Source of the DNA: Octopus sinensis
Lineage: Eukaryota
Direction: 5' to 3'
Assembly (NCBI RefSeq): GCF_006345805.1
Contig: NC_043017.1
Coordinates: forward strand, 6,262,001-6,326,000
Length of the DNA: 64,000 bases
The translations under genes were made by a program, and so were the position numbers. Each line of letters begins with the position of its first letter. Positions within the stretch are counted from its first letter, which is position 1. The notes beneath the pieces were generated by a model. The model made no database searches and had not been told where the DNA came from. It saw only the letters and a program-made list of their open reading frames with translations. This document shows positions 51,285 to 63,814 of this stretch, one piece after another.

Positions 51285-52845
51285 AGATGTACCCAGTGTA
51301 AGCTATGGACACATAAGGGTGCAGCAATGTCAAAGTAGGCTAACTGGGAAGATAGTTTTTGTATGTGGCAGATGCTCGGGAGCATTAACCTCCGAAAATC
51401 TGCAGAAAACAACTTCCGTCACTTTCCAGGGGGAAAAACTAGAAGTAGTTGATAGCTTCCGTTATCTAGGTGACCAGTCAGTAGTGGGGGTGGGTGCGCT
51501 GAAAGTGTAACTGCTAGAATAAGAATAGCCTGGGCAAAGTTTAGGGAGCTCTTACCTCTGCTGGTGACTAAAGGCCTCTCGCTCAGAGTAAAAGGCAGAC
51601 TGTATGATGCGTGTGTACGAACAGCCATGCTACATGGCAGCGAAACATGGGCTGTGACTGCTGAGGACATGCGTAAGCTCGTGAGGAATGAAGCCATATG
51701 CTCCGATGGATGTGTATGTCAGTGTACATACTCGACAGAGCGTTAGCACCTTGAGAGAAATGTTGTACCTAAGAAGCATCAGTTGTGGTGTGCAAGAGAG
51801 ACGATTGCGCTGGTATGGTCATGTGGCGAGAATGGATGAAGATAGGTGTGTGAGAAAGTGCCAATCCCTAGCAGTTGAGGGAACCCGTGGAAGAGGTAGA
51901 CCCAGGAAAACCTGGGATGAGGTGGTGAAGCACGACCTTCGAACTTTAGGCCTCACTGAGGAATGACCAGAGATCGAGACCTTTGGAAATATGTCGTGAG
52001 AAGACCAGGCAGGACAAGTGAGCCCAGCCCACTTATGAATGCCTTTCCTCCCTTGACACAAAGACCGGTTGAGGCAAGCGAAGTCGATATAGAACCTCAT
52101 CCGACGACAGACACCCATCCCAACCCCCCATGCTTGCGAAGACATGTTGGGGCAAGCGAAATCGAAATCGAAATCGAAACCGAATTGAACCAGCCAGGAT
52201 CCCTGGCCTGGTGGTACGTAAAAAGCACTATCCGACTCGGGGCCGTGGCACGTAAAATACTCCAATGCGACCGTACGACAGGCACCCATGCCAACCCCCT
52301 TTGCTTGTGAAGACATGTTGGGGCAAGCGAAATCGAAATCGAATTGAACCAGCCAGGATCCCTGGTCTGGTGGTACGTAAAAAGCACTATCCGACTCGTG
52401 GCCGTGGCACGTAAAATACTCCAATGCGACCGTACGACAGGCACCCTTGCCAACCCCCTTTGCTTGTGAAGACATGTTGGGGCAAGCGAAATCGAAATCG
52501 AATTGAACCAGCCAGGATCCCTGTCTGGTGGTACGTAAAAAGCACTATCCGACTCGTGGCCGATGCCAGCACCGCCTCGACTGGCTTCCGTGCCGGTGGC
52601 ACATAAAATACACCAATCTGACCGTGGCCGTTGTCAGCCCCGCCTGGCACCTGTGCAGGTGGCACGTAAAAAGCACCCACTACACTCACGGAGTGGTTGG
52701 CGTTAGGAAGGGCATCCAGCTGTAGAAACATTGCCAAATTAGACTGGAGCCTGGTGCAGCCTTCTGGCTTCCCAGAACCCCGGTCGAACTGTCCAACCCA
52801 TGCTAGCATGGAGAACGGACGTTAAACGACGATGATGATGATATA
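51285..52845 (+). mobile_element. 5'-truncated RTE-type (RTE-X-like) LINE: RT C-terminus plus a long repetitive 3' UTR
   Basis: Frameshifted CTQCKLWTHK...VCGRC...LEVVDSFRYLGD...KFRELLPLL...RLYDACVRTAMLHGSETW...RRLRWYGHVARM...GRGRPRKTW; UTR with ~160-170-bp units; ends GACGTTAAACGAC(GAT)n. Confidence 0.92.
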
Positions 52846-53011
52846 TTTAGGCTCAGGTGTGGCTGTGTGATAAGAAGCTTCCTTCCCAAGTGGATGGTTC
52901 CAGGTTCAGTTCCATTGCGTGACAGTTTGGGCAAGTGTCTTCTGCCATAGTCTCAGGTCGGCCAGAGCATTTGTGAATGGATTTTGAAAAACAGAAACTG
53001 AAAGAAGCCTG

Positions 53012-53059
<48 letters not shown>

Positions 53060-53138
53060 ATAATTTATATAAACACACATCTTTCTCACTCTCCCTCTCT
53101 CTCTATATATATATATATACACATACACTTCTCATATT

Positions 53139-53680
53139 AATATATGCAAAGTATGTGGGTTTGGTTCACAGGTGATCTAAATGATTAGGTACACTAGGTA
53201 AGTGCTATAACAGATTACTGTATATATATATATATGTAAGTTTCTGTGTGTGTTTGTCTGTGTTTGTCTCCCACCAATGCTGACAGATGGTGATTATTAC
53301 TTATGTCCCAGTAACTTAGTGGTTCAGCAAAAGGGAATGATAGAGTGAGTACCAGGCACAAAAATAAGTCCTGGGGCCAATTTGCTTGACTAAAAAAAAA
53401 TCTTAAAGGCGGTGGCCCTGCATGGCCACAGTCTAGTGACTGAAACATGTAAAAGATAAAAAATATATATCTTTCTTTTCTTTTCTTTTCACTTGTGTCA
53501 GTCACTTGACTGTTGCCATGCTGTAGCACTGTCTTAAAGTGTATTTTAGTCAAAGAAATCAACCCCAGGGCTTATTCTTTGCAAGCCTAATACTTATTCT
53601 ATCAGTCATTTTTGCCGAACTGCTAAGTTACGGAGATGTAGATACACCAATACAAACACAAAGACACACACATAAATATA

Positions 53681-53726
<46 letters not shown>

Positions 53727-53962
53727 AATTAGTAAATAAATGGCACAACTAAGTACCGATACTTACTGGAAATAGCGAACGTAAAAATACGACGCTAATG
53801 TGTAGCTACACCGCGTATGTATTAGCAAAAATGCGTGTGTGCAACAAACTAGAGCAAAAAAAACTGTCTTACCTCACGGGCTACTTTTTACTGGAAGGCG
53901 ATACTTTGTATTGCATTACTGATATATATATTATATATATATTATATATATATATATATATC

Positions 53963-53993
<31 letters not shown>

Positions 53994-54277
53994 ATTGTTG
54001 AAGAGGACCACACACATTAAGGTAATGCAAACATCTCAAGTCGTATACAACATTATTCTTGGAAAAAATATTGTAAATGACTTGGGATGTTTACCTTGCC
54101 TTAAAGTTTGTTGTCCTCTTTAACAATTATGTATCCACTGCATCAGAAATCTGCAATGGCTCCGTAACTACCATCTCGGCTATAACATTGGACCCTTAGT
54201 AATCCGTTACAACACTTACCTAGCGTACCTAATCGTTTAGATCACCTGTGAACTAAACCCACATACTTTGTATATAT

Positions 54278-54278
<1 letters not shown>
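53139..54278. repeat. 81-bp inverted repeats enclosing ~1 kb (SINE tails, unique sequence, 140-bp hairpin)
   Basis: 53139-53219 against the reverse complement of 54198-54278: 7 mismatches, all transitions. Confidence 0.8.
53991..54130. repeat. 140-bp imperfect palindrome (MITE-like)
   Basis: ATAATTGTTGAAGAGGAC...GTCCTCTTTAACAATTAT with ~60-bp arms. Confidence 0.75.
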
Positions 54279-54346
<68 letters not shown>

Positions 54347-54654
54347 CAAGCAAACCACTTTGAACAACAACCACTTTAATATATTTTGACAAAATGTATT
54401 AACTGAAGAAATTCTTGTATAAGAGGATGCATTTTCATTATTACAATATAAATACCCCAGTGTTTGAAACGCAGAGTAGATAAAACAGGGGACAACTGGT
54501 GAAGGGATTGTTCTTTATGTTGTGTGGTGTCTCGTTTCTCTATTTATTTATTTCGTTGCTTGAAGAGAATTTCGTTTTCCATGTTTTTGTTTTTTTATGT
54601 TCGCGCTTTTCTTTTTGGTTGCGTTTTTGAAACATCCTGTACCCATATATACAT

Positions 54655-55080
54655 GTATCATCATCATCATCATCATCGTTTAGCGTCCGCTTTCCATGCT
54701 AGCATGGGTTGGACGGTTCAACTGGGGTCTGGGAAGCCAGAAGGCTGCACCAGGCCCAGTTTGATCTGGCAATGTTTCTATGGCTGGATGCCCTTCCTAA
54801 CGCCAACCACTCCATGAGTGTAGTGGGTGCTTTTTACGTGCCACCGGCACAGAGACCAGACGAAGCTGGCAACAGCCACGATTGGATGGTGCTTTTTATG
54901 TGCCACCGGCACGGGGGCCAGGCGAGGCTGGCAACGGCACGAACAGATGGTGCTTTTTACATGCCACCGTCATGAGGTCAGTCGGGGCGGCGCTGGCAAC
55001 AGCCACGAACGGATGGTTCTCTTACGTGCCACCGGCACTGGTAACTCAGCTGCAATTTCCATTGATCGATTTCGATTCTA
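54655..55080 (-). mobile_element. RTE LINE 3' UTR copy with about four ~60-bp units
   Basis: Reverse complement of the 23502 and 52540 UTR, ending at the AATCGA repeat. Confidence 0.85.
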
Positions 55081-56123
55081 CAGATATATGTAGGTATGTA
55101 CATATATGTATATATGCAATATATATATATATAGTATTTATATTATATATGTGTGTGTGTATATATATGGTTAAACATACAAGCACTGCTTTCTTTCTTA
55201 ATTTAACACTTAATAACAATTTGTATGTTTTGGTCCTTCAAGAACCATGTATTTGCAGTGAATGTAGTATCCATTCTTAGAACTTTAAGAAAGATATATT
55301 CGTGCTAGATTTGACTTTGAAGTTTAATGGCATTCATCCTTTCACATTCAATTCCATTAGGGTTTCTTCTCAATGTTTCTGTAGCTGTATCCATTACTGT
55401 CTCTTCCTGGTAATGTCCACTAAATGGACATACATTTTGGGAATTAGAGTTCCATGCTATTAGATTTAACTTCCAACGTTGGCAAGAAGGAAAACTGAAT
55501 GTTAGCTCAATGTAACAAATCAAATATATTTGTGTTCTGGTAATGAAGAAGATATTCCAGAAAGTTCTAACATATTCCTTGTATTAAGGAATATCGATGC
55601 ACATGTGGCTCTGTGGGAAGAATTCTGCTTCTCAACCATATGGTTTCGGATTCAGGTTTACCTCATGGCACCTTGGGAGTTACATATGTTTTATTTAAAA
55701 CAGTTTGATTCAGCCCCAGGAAACTTATAATTTTGTAGACTTCTTTTGGAAACCTAGCATGTAGAGCTCATCAGGTAACCTTGAATTCAACCTGCTAGGT
55801 CCCTGTAAGAAGCCGAGGAAACTTTAAGTTGCAAGGTGCAAAATTGAATTGTTTTAAATAATAATAATGATCCTTTTTACTATAGGCACAAAGCCTGAAA
55901 TTTGGGGGAGGGAGATCATCGATTACATCGACAACCCCAGTACCCAACTGTTAATTATTTCATCATCCCTTAAAGGATGAAAGGTGAAGTCACCTCAGCA
56001 GAATTTGAACTCAGAATGTGAAGACAGACAAAATGCTGCAAAGCATATTGCCCAGCATGCTAAAAGTTTTGCCAGTTCATTGCCTTAATTATAATAATAA
56101 TGATAATAATAATAATAACAATG

Positions 56124-56157
<34 letters not shown>

Positions 56158-57339
56158 TGATGATGCTAATGATGATGACGATGACAGCGACGCTAAAAAT
56201 GATGATGATGATGATGTGTGTGTGTGTGTGTTTTTGTGTGTGTGCGCACATGTGTATATCGCTTTTTAAAGTTGTCTCTACAGATTTTCCATAGAAATTG
56301 TGGTCAGTACTAAATACACGCACACACACACATGTATGTATATATATGTGTGTGTGTGTATACATGTGTTTGTGTGTGGAGGGGGGGTGTCTTTTATTGC
56401 TTTGACTTCATGAGATAGTCATCGTGTATTGCAGCCATGCAAGTCATGTCCTTCATTTCCGATCTTTTGTGGAAACATGTCTGGCTGGGGGGGCGGGGAA
56501 TATTACCATATTTAGAAACAGGTGGGGTGGGGTTGGTGACAGGAGGGGCATCCAGCCACAGAAAATCTTACACCTCAACACATTGCAGCCGATCCATGCA
56601 AGCATGGAAAAGTGGACGTTAAAAGCAATAACGATGATGATGATGATGATGATAATGAAGATGAAGATGATGATGGTAATGAAGATGATGATGACGGTAA
56701 TGAAGATGATGAGGGTAATGAAGATGATGATGATGGTAATGAAGATGATGATGATGATGATAACTACTGTCTCAAATTATCAAAATTCTAAAAATAAATA
56801 ATTAAACGTATAAAATTCCCAACTCAAGATTCACATAAAATAAAAAAAAAAAAACAGAAATGGTTTCAGTCGAGTAAAGCTGAACTGTCTTCCAATTACG
56901 GTTTAATATAAGAATGGAACTGAGAACACTGCCAGATAATTTTCAAAATTTAGAGTTAGTTGTATAGAGAAAAAATATAAAAGAAATGGAATTAAGCTGA
57001 TCTTAGTATTGAATGTTATCAATGTAGATAATTCTTAGAAATTAAGTTCCATTGACACAGACGATGTATCGTTTTGTTTTTGTCCTCTCTGATAATATTC
57101 TATATTTCTAAATATATTCATTTAATGGAGTTACAGATAACTAAGTCAGTATGATAGTAGAGCTGTATAATGCTGCTGCTGTAGTATCGACGCTCTTTCT
57201 ATCTGTGTTTTTATGCGACACAACGATGCATGTAATTAAACTAAATGAAGAGCACTAGACTCATGAGTAGCTGTGTGGCCAAGATGCTTTCTTGCTTGCC
57301 AACCATGTGGTTCTGAGTTCAGTCCCACTGTGTGGCACC

Positions 57340-57560
57340 TGGCAGAAACATTAGCACGCCGGGCTAAATGCTTAGCGGTATTTCGTCTGCCGTTACGTTC
57401 TGAGTTCAAATTCCACCGAGGTCGACTTTGCTTTTCATCCTTTCGGGGTCGATAAATTAAGTACCAGTTATGCACTGGAGTCGATGTAATTGATTTAATC
57501 CCTTTGTCTGTCCTTTTTTGTCCCCTCTGTGTTTAGCTCCCTGTGGGCAATAAAGAAATA
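57340..57560 (+). mobile_element. Meta-like SINE inserted into the CORE domain of a family A SINE
   Basis: Family A head 57270-57339 (…GTGGCACC) resumes at ~57560 (TATAGCC…CAAAGCC…GTGAGTGGA). Confidence 0.8.
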
Positions 57561-58417
57561 TATTATAGCCCTTAACCAACCAAAGCCTAGTGAGTGGACT
57601 TGTTAGACAGAAACTGAAACAAGTACACTTTATAAATATACACACATACATACATACATACATACATACACACACATACATACATACATACATACATACA
57701 TACATACATACATACATACATACATACATACGTACAAAACATACATACATACACACATACATACATACATACATACATACATACGTACGTACGTACAAAA
57801 CATACATACATACATGGTTTGGTTGGAAAATAAGTCTCTTACTCTACCAGCCATGCAGTGGTGCTACAAACATCCACATCTGACAAATTAGGCAGACCAA
57901 AGTTCACAGACAGACTCAAAGAGTCACCAGTCTCAGCCATAAAACAAAGGGGTACCACTCAACTGTCGTCCATTTGTGAGTTACGCACAGGGGTCGATGT
58001 AATCAACTTAATCGCTTTGCCTGTCCTCGTTTGTCTCCTCTATGTTTAGCCCCTTGTGGGCAATAAAGAAATAAGAAAAGTATAATAGGATGTTTTAAAA
58101 ATCAAATGGCAATAAGAAGGGTCCATCTGAGTAAAATGGGAATCAAAAGGGTTAATAGGCAAAAACTGGTTGGGAATCCCTAGATTTGAGGAAAAGTTGA
58201 TGGAAGTGAGTTCCATAGAGAAGCAGTTTGAGGAAAGAAGCTGTTAGAATAAAATTTTAAAAAAGGGGTTTATGAGTAGCAGGAAGCTCAACAGAGAAAC
58301 TATTGAGTGAGGGTGCCAGTCCAGGAAGTTCATCAGAGCAAATGACCTTGGAAGCACTGATATGAAAGACACAACAAAGATATAAAACAATGATGAACCA
58401 AAGACCCAAACCTAGTT

Positions 58418-58906
58418 GAAAGAAGAGGACCCACCATGTTAATAATTCAATTCTGAATTTGATCAGGCAAGTTAAGACACCCTTTCTTTGGTTCTGAAAT
58501 ATCATGAATGGTAGCTGCAGCAAATATCCACAACTGACAAATTAGATGGACCAAGGTACACTAACAAACCAAACTGGAAAGAAACCACATGTCAGGCATG
58601 GAATAAATAGGTAGACCTGAATCTAGTAGCAAGAAGAGGGCCCACCATGTTAATAACTCAATTTTGAATTTGATCAAGCAAGTTAAAGACACCTGGAAGA
58701 GACACCAGCCTCAAAATGACAGCATTATTTAATGAGGCATCGAACAGTAGCTTTATAGAAGTACAAGATGTTCTCTTTCTTTGGTTCTGAAACATTATAA
58801 GCGATAGCTGCAGCAAATATCCGCAACTGACAAATTAGACGGACCTAGGTATGCTGACAAACGAAACTAAAAAGTAACCACATATCAGACACGGAATGAA
58901 GAGGTA
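58418..58906 (+). repeat. Tandem ~200-bp duplication with an 80-bp indel
   Basis: AAGAAGAGG.CCCACCATGTTAATAA at 58418 and 58630; CTTTCTTTGGTTCTGAAA at 58481 and 58775. Confidence 0.8.
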
Positions 58907-59161
58907 GCACTTAGCAGTCCATTTGTAAGTTTGTATAGCTGCCAGAAAGAAGATTACCGAGATCTCTCTCTCGTCTGTCATAGATAGGTGTATGATCGTA
59001 AGTCATCATAGCTGGGGGAGTAAAAGATTTATTTCACTGTCTAGTTAATGCCATAAAAACTGGATCCGAGTGCTGATTCCTAACAGATCACAGAGACGCA
59101 CACGTTTACGGACATATCATCATGCTGCTCTTACTGCCGTTGCTGCTACTGCTGCTGCTAC

Positions 59162-59196
<35 letters not shown>

Positions 59197-59679
59197 TTGA
59201 TGCTGATATTTACATTAAATCACTGTATACTATTTACTGGAGAGCTGTTGCAAACGTTGATGTTATTTTGCATTGTTGCTGTTGCTGTTGTTGTTGTTGT
59301 TGTTGATATTGTTACCATTGCTCTTCTTGTTGTTGGTGAGGTTTTTGTTGTTGTTGTTGTTGTCATCATCGTTCCTGTTGTTGCTGTTCATTGTTTCGTT
59401 GTTGTTGTTACATTTAATAATGTTTCAGCCGCTGTTGTTGTTTTCTGATGGAGAGGGGGTTGTGGGTGGTGCAGGGGCAGGGATGGGGTGTGGGTCCTTT
59501 TTATGTGTTTTTTTTTCCCTTCTTCTTCTTCTCTGTTCATTTTTTCTCCCCCCTTCTTTCATTCCTCTCTCTTCATAACACAGCAATATCTTCTCCTTCG
59601 TTGCCAAAATTATGCAAAAAAGTGAAGCAAGGAACCACTCTGTTTGACGAAGCAAATGTGTTCACGGGGAGAAAGATGA

Positions 59680-59960
59680 TGGGAGAAACAGAGAGCGAGA
59701 GAGAGAGAGAGAGCAAGCTAAAGAAGCAGAGAGAGAGAGAGAGAGAGAGAGCAAGCTGGAGAGGGAGAGAGAGAGAGAGCAAGCTAAAGAAGCAGAGAGA
59801 GAGAGAGAGAGCAAGCAAGCAAGCTGGAGAGGGAGAGAGAGAGAGAGCAAGCTAAAGAAGCAGAGAGAGAGATGGGGAGAGACAGCAAGCTAGAGAAGTC
59901 ACAGAGAGAGAGAGAGAGAGAGAGCAAGCTGGAGAGGGAGAGAGGGAGAGATGGAGAGAG
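59680..59960. repeat. GA-rich minisatellite
   Basis: GAGCAAGCT(AAAGAAGCA/GGAGAGG)(GA)n units. Confidence 0.85.
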
Positions 59961-60038
59961 ACAAAGATAGCAATAAAAAATAGAAAGGAAGAAAGGAAGA
60001 AAGGAAGATAGCCTGTAGAACCAACAACAGCAACAATG

Positions 60039-60069
<31 letters not shown>

Positions 60070-60184
60070 TGATGAATGAGAGAGACAGAGAGAAATAGAG
60101 AAACAGTGAGAGAGAGAGAGTAAGAGAGAAAGCAAGAGAAAGATAGACTATGAAACGAATAACGACGACGGCAACAACAACAAC

Positions 60185-60232
<48 letters not shown>

Positions 60233-60413
60233 GCACAATATATTTGATGTTCTTATTAGCACAAAAACACTTCAACTGCCTCTGAATACATGTTCGTATA
60301 TATATGGAGAAAAACCAGAAAATGAGAAGAAAAATGGAGAAGACAGCGGGGTAGAGGCAGCGGGGGGGGAGCTTTTTCCTTTTTTTTTTCTTCCTGAATC
60401 CAGTAATATGTGA

Positions 60414-60444
<31 letters not shown>

Positions 60445-61432
60445 GCAATTTTGACAACTAATCTATAGGCTGATATTTCCTGTATGCTAAAGCTGTGCTA
60501 TGTTCAGTCGGCTTAATTGGCAGTTTTATGTCCATGCTGTCTCTAACAATATCTCTCTGCATTAGTATCATGTGTGCGCATCATATTAAGAGGTTGGCAC
60601 ATATAGACATACATACGTGTGCGCATGTATGTATGCACACACACATATATGCATATATATATATATATATACATATATATGCATATATACATATATGTAT
60701 ATACACATATATATATATACACACACACAATCATATATATGTATACATATATATATACACATATATGTATAAATATATATATATGAATACATAAAACGCG
60801 TGTGTGTGTGTGTATACATATGTACACATACACCCATATATGCTTATGTACAATATATATATTTATGTGTGCATGTTTGTATATATATATATATATATAT
60901 ACATACACATGCATATACACACAAGTACATACATCTCTATATGTATATTTTTATATACAAGAATATTTATTAATATATGTGTATATATCTACATAAATGC
61001 ACACGAACATGTATGTATATATATATACATACATACTTACATACATACATACATACATACATACACACATACACATGCACATACACAGATGCAAGTTCAT
61101 ACAAATATAGGTATATACATATATATATTGAGAGAGAGACCAGTGTGTATGGACATACTTATATATGTACTAAGTACATATACATGTGCATACACATATA
61201 CGTGTGTATGTGTGTACGTACGTGTGCACATATGCTTGTATAGCTGCTTAATTTAAGTCTACTAATTTAGGAGGTCAAGAGCTATGATGTTGCTTTGGTG
61301 TAGTGGTTGGCCCGGCTGATATTATGGCTGATAGCGAATACAGCACTTGAATACTGCAGCCAATTTTACAACCAGTGTCCATCCTCCTTGAGAAGAGTGA
61401 CACACACACACGTGCACACACACACACACACG

Positions 61433-61465
<33 letters not shown>

Positions 61466-61640
61466 TATTCTCTACCAAGAATGCTGTTGACAGTGACTTC
61501 AGATTGTCGCTTTCAAGGATCTTCTTGTTTAAGAATAATAAATTTGTACTTTACAAAAATAAAGAGTAACCCATCAGATTAATGTAAAATTGTTTTTATT
61601 TTATAACTGAATATAAAGGAAAGGCATTAACATATATATA

Positions 61641-62041
61641 CTCTTTTACTTGTTTCAGTCATTTGACTGTGGCCATGCTGGAGCACCGCCTTTAGTCGAG
61701 CAAATCGACCCTGGGACTTATTTTTTGTAAGCCCAGTACTTATTCTATCAGTCTCTTTTGCCGAACTGCTAAGTGACGGGGACGTAAACACACCAGCATC
61801 GGTTGTCAAGCAATGCTAGGGGGACAAACACAGAGACACAAACATACACAATAATACATATATATATATACATATATACGACAGGCTTCTTTCAGTTTCC
61901 GTCTACCAAATCCACTCACAAGGCATTGGTCGGCCCGAGGCTATAACAGAAGACACCTGCCCAAGGTGCTATGCAGTGGGACTGAACCCGGAACCATGTG
62001 GTTGGTAAGCAAGCTACTTACCACACAGCCACTCCTGCGCC
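61641..62041 (-). mobile_element. Young full-length family A SINE
   Basis: Near-identical to 6622-7063 in reverse. Confidence 0.9.
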
Positions 62042-62153
62042 TATATATATATAATCAAAAATAAGGGTGAAAAAATTGGATATCAATTTAATAATACCAT
62101 CAATTTAACACCAAGTGGCTTAGCGCATAAAAACCAGGGATTCAATAAAGATT

Positions 62154-62306
62154 TATACACAAATATAAGAGAGTGTCCCCTATGTGGTCGACTCTTGCAC
62201 TAAAAATAGATCTGCTATGGTCTCAACCACCAAGAATTGTTTCCAAGGAAAATTAGCACAACTATGAGCATAAACGAGCAGGACAAAGTGGACACTCTCT
62301 TATATT

Positions 62307-62316
<10 letters not shown>
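62154..62316. mobile_element. Short element with ~26-bp terminal inverted repeats in TA context
   Basis: TATACACAAATATAAGAGAGTGTCC ... GGACACTCTCTTATATTTATGTGTATA. Confidence 0.6.
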
Positions 62317-62344
<28 letters not shown>

Positions 62345-63356
62345 TTCTTGTGACTTGCCTTGCATTTACTTCGCATTGTTCTGGCCTTGCTCATGATCCT
62401 TTATACAGTATATGTGTGTGTGTGTCAAGTCCACTTACAATGTTTTAGTCGGCCCAAGGCTATAGCAGAAGACACTAGTAGAAGACTGGACCTGGAACCA
62501 TGTGGTAGAGATGCAAACATCTTACCATACACTCACGCTTGCTTTCTAAAAAGATTTGACCAATGGAGAGAGTATTTTTGATCCCTTCTTAAGACCTGAA
62601 TTCAGTCATGTAACCCTAGGACCCGAGAGTTTTCTTGACCGTTTCACAAATAGACCAAAAAGAAAAAACCAACAATTTGTATGTGTATGTGTGTGTGATT
62701 AAAAAGTTAAATTTTCATCCACTCCTTCATGCCAGTGGTTTAAAATATAATTCTAAATATTTAAAGTAATCTAAAAAAAGTTACGTAAAAATGGTAAACT
62801 AGCACCTAAATTATCTATTAGCATAAAGCTTAGATTCTTTTAAAAAGATTTTAACCCAATAGAATTTCTCATGTTTTCAATCACCCACCCACCCAGGATG
62901 GCAAAAGGGTCAATTAGTTCAGTTTTCTCTCTACTTTCCCAAACTTTGAAACATAATAATAATATTATCATTCTCAGAAAAGAGAAATCAAAGCTTAAGC
63001 TGAAAATCAAAGCTGAAATGGGTAACAAGGAAATGTCGTTGTTTTCTTGATTGAAAGTATTATGAATAGTCTGAGTAAATGAGGAGATGACACATTCTGA
63101 ACAAATTTCTCTCTTTCTCATGTCTGTTAGTTTGTTAGTATAAGAACACATTTCCTCAGCTTTGAAGTGATACTGTAAACAAGTATCACTTTCAAGTGAT
63201 ATACAAAACGAAATCATTTAATTGTATAGCTATTATTACAAGTGAAGGTGAAATCAAGCCAATGATTGAAGAAAAAAAAACAGCATTAGTTGCTGTGATG
63301 TTTGGTGAGACTACAAACCTTCAAATGAAATCTTATCATCATTATTGTTCGACCAT

Positions 63357-63500
63357 GGCATGTAAAAAGCACCCACTACACTCTCGGAGTGGTTGGCGTT
63401 AGGAAGGGCATCCAGCTGTAGAAACTCTGCCAGATCAAGATTGGAGCTTGGTGCAGCCATCTGGTTCACCAGCCCTCAGTCAAAATCGTCCAACCCATGG
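63357..63500 (+). mobile_element. RTE LINE tail, truncated
   Basis: AAAAAGCACCCACTACACTCTCGGAGTGGTTGGCGTTAGGAAGGGCATCC...CCAACCCATG. Confidence 0.85.
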
Positions 63501-63745
63501 AATTTACTATGTTACGCCAGACTTCACGGTCCATCATAGCATTACGGAGGTCCTGTTGCTGGATGCCTGTATCCCTGGAAATTACATCAGGGTAGGAGAG
63601 TGTGCACCCTCTGGTATCGCGAGCAGATGGCTTCCAGAGGAGAAGAGTAGAAATTACCTCGTTTTCAGCGCTACAACAATGTCCAGCAAACTGGACTCTT
63701 CTACCTTTCACAAGAGATGATACAGGTGGTAGGAAAAGCTTCAAG
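63500..63745 (-). pseudogene. RTE-type LINE RT C-terminal fragment (third family)
   Basis: LPPVSSLVKGRRVQFAGHC...LLWKP...RG..LSYPDVISRDTG....L..AMMDREVWR. Confidence 0.85.
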
Positions 63746-63814
63746 AAAGGTTTATAGGATAAGTTGATGTCAGTAAGGATAGAAAAGCTGCGTCACTGAC
63801 ACAAGTTGTACATT

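Noticed and set aside
55745-55805. Minus-strand CTGATGAG near an ACCTAGCA/TGCTAGGT hairpin
   Set aside because: No GAAA after a stem II, so no hammerhead fold
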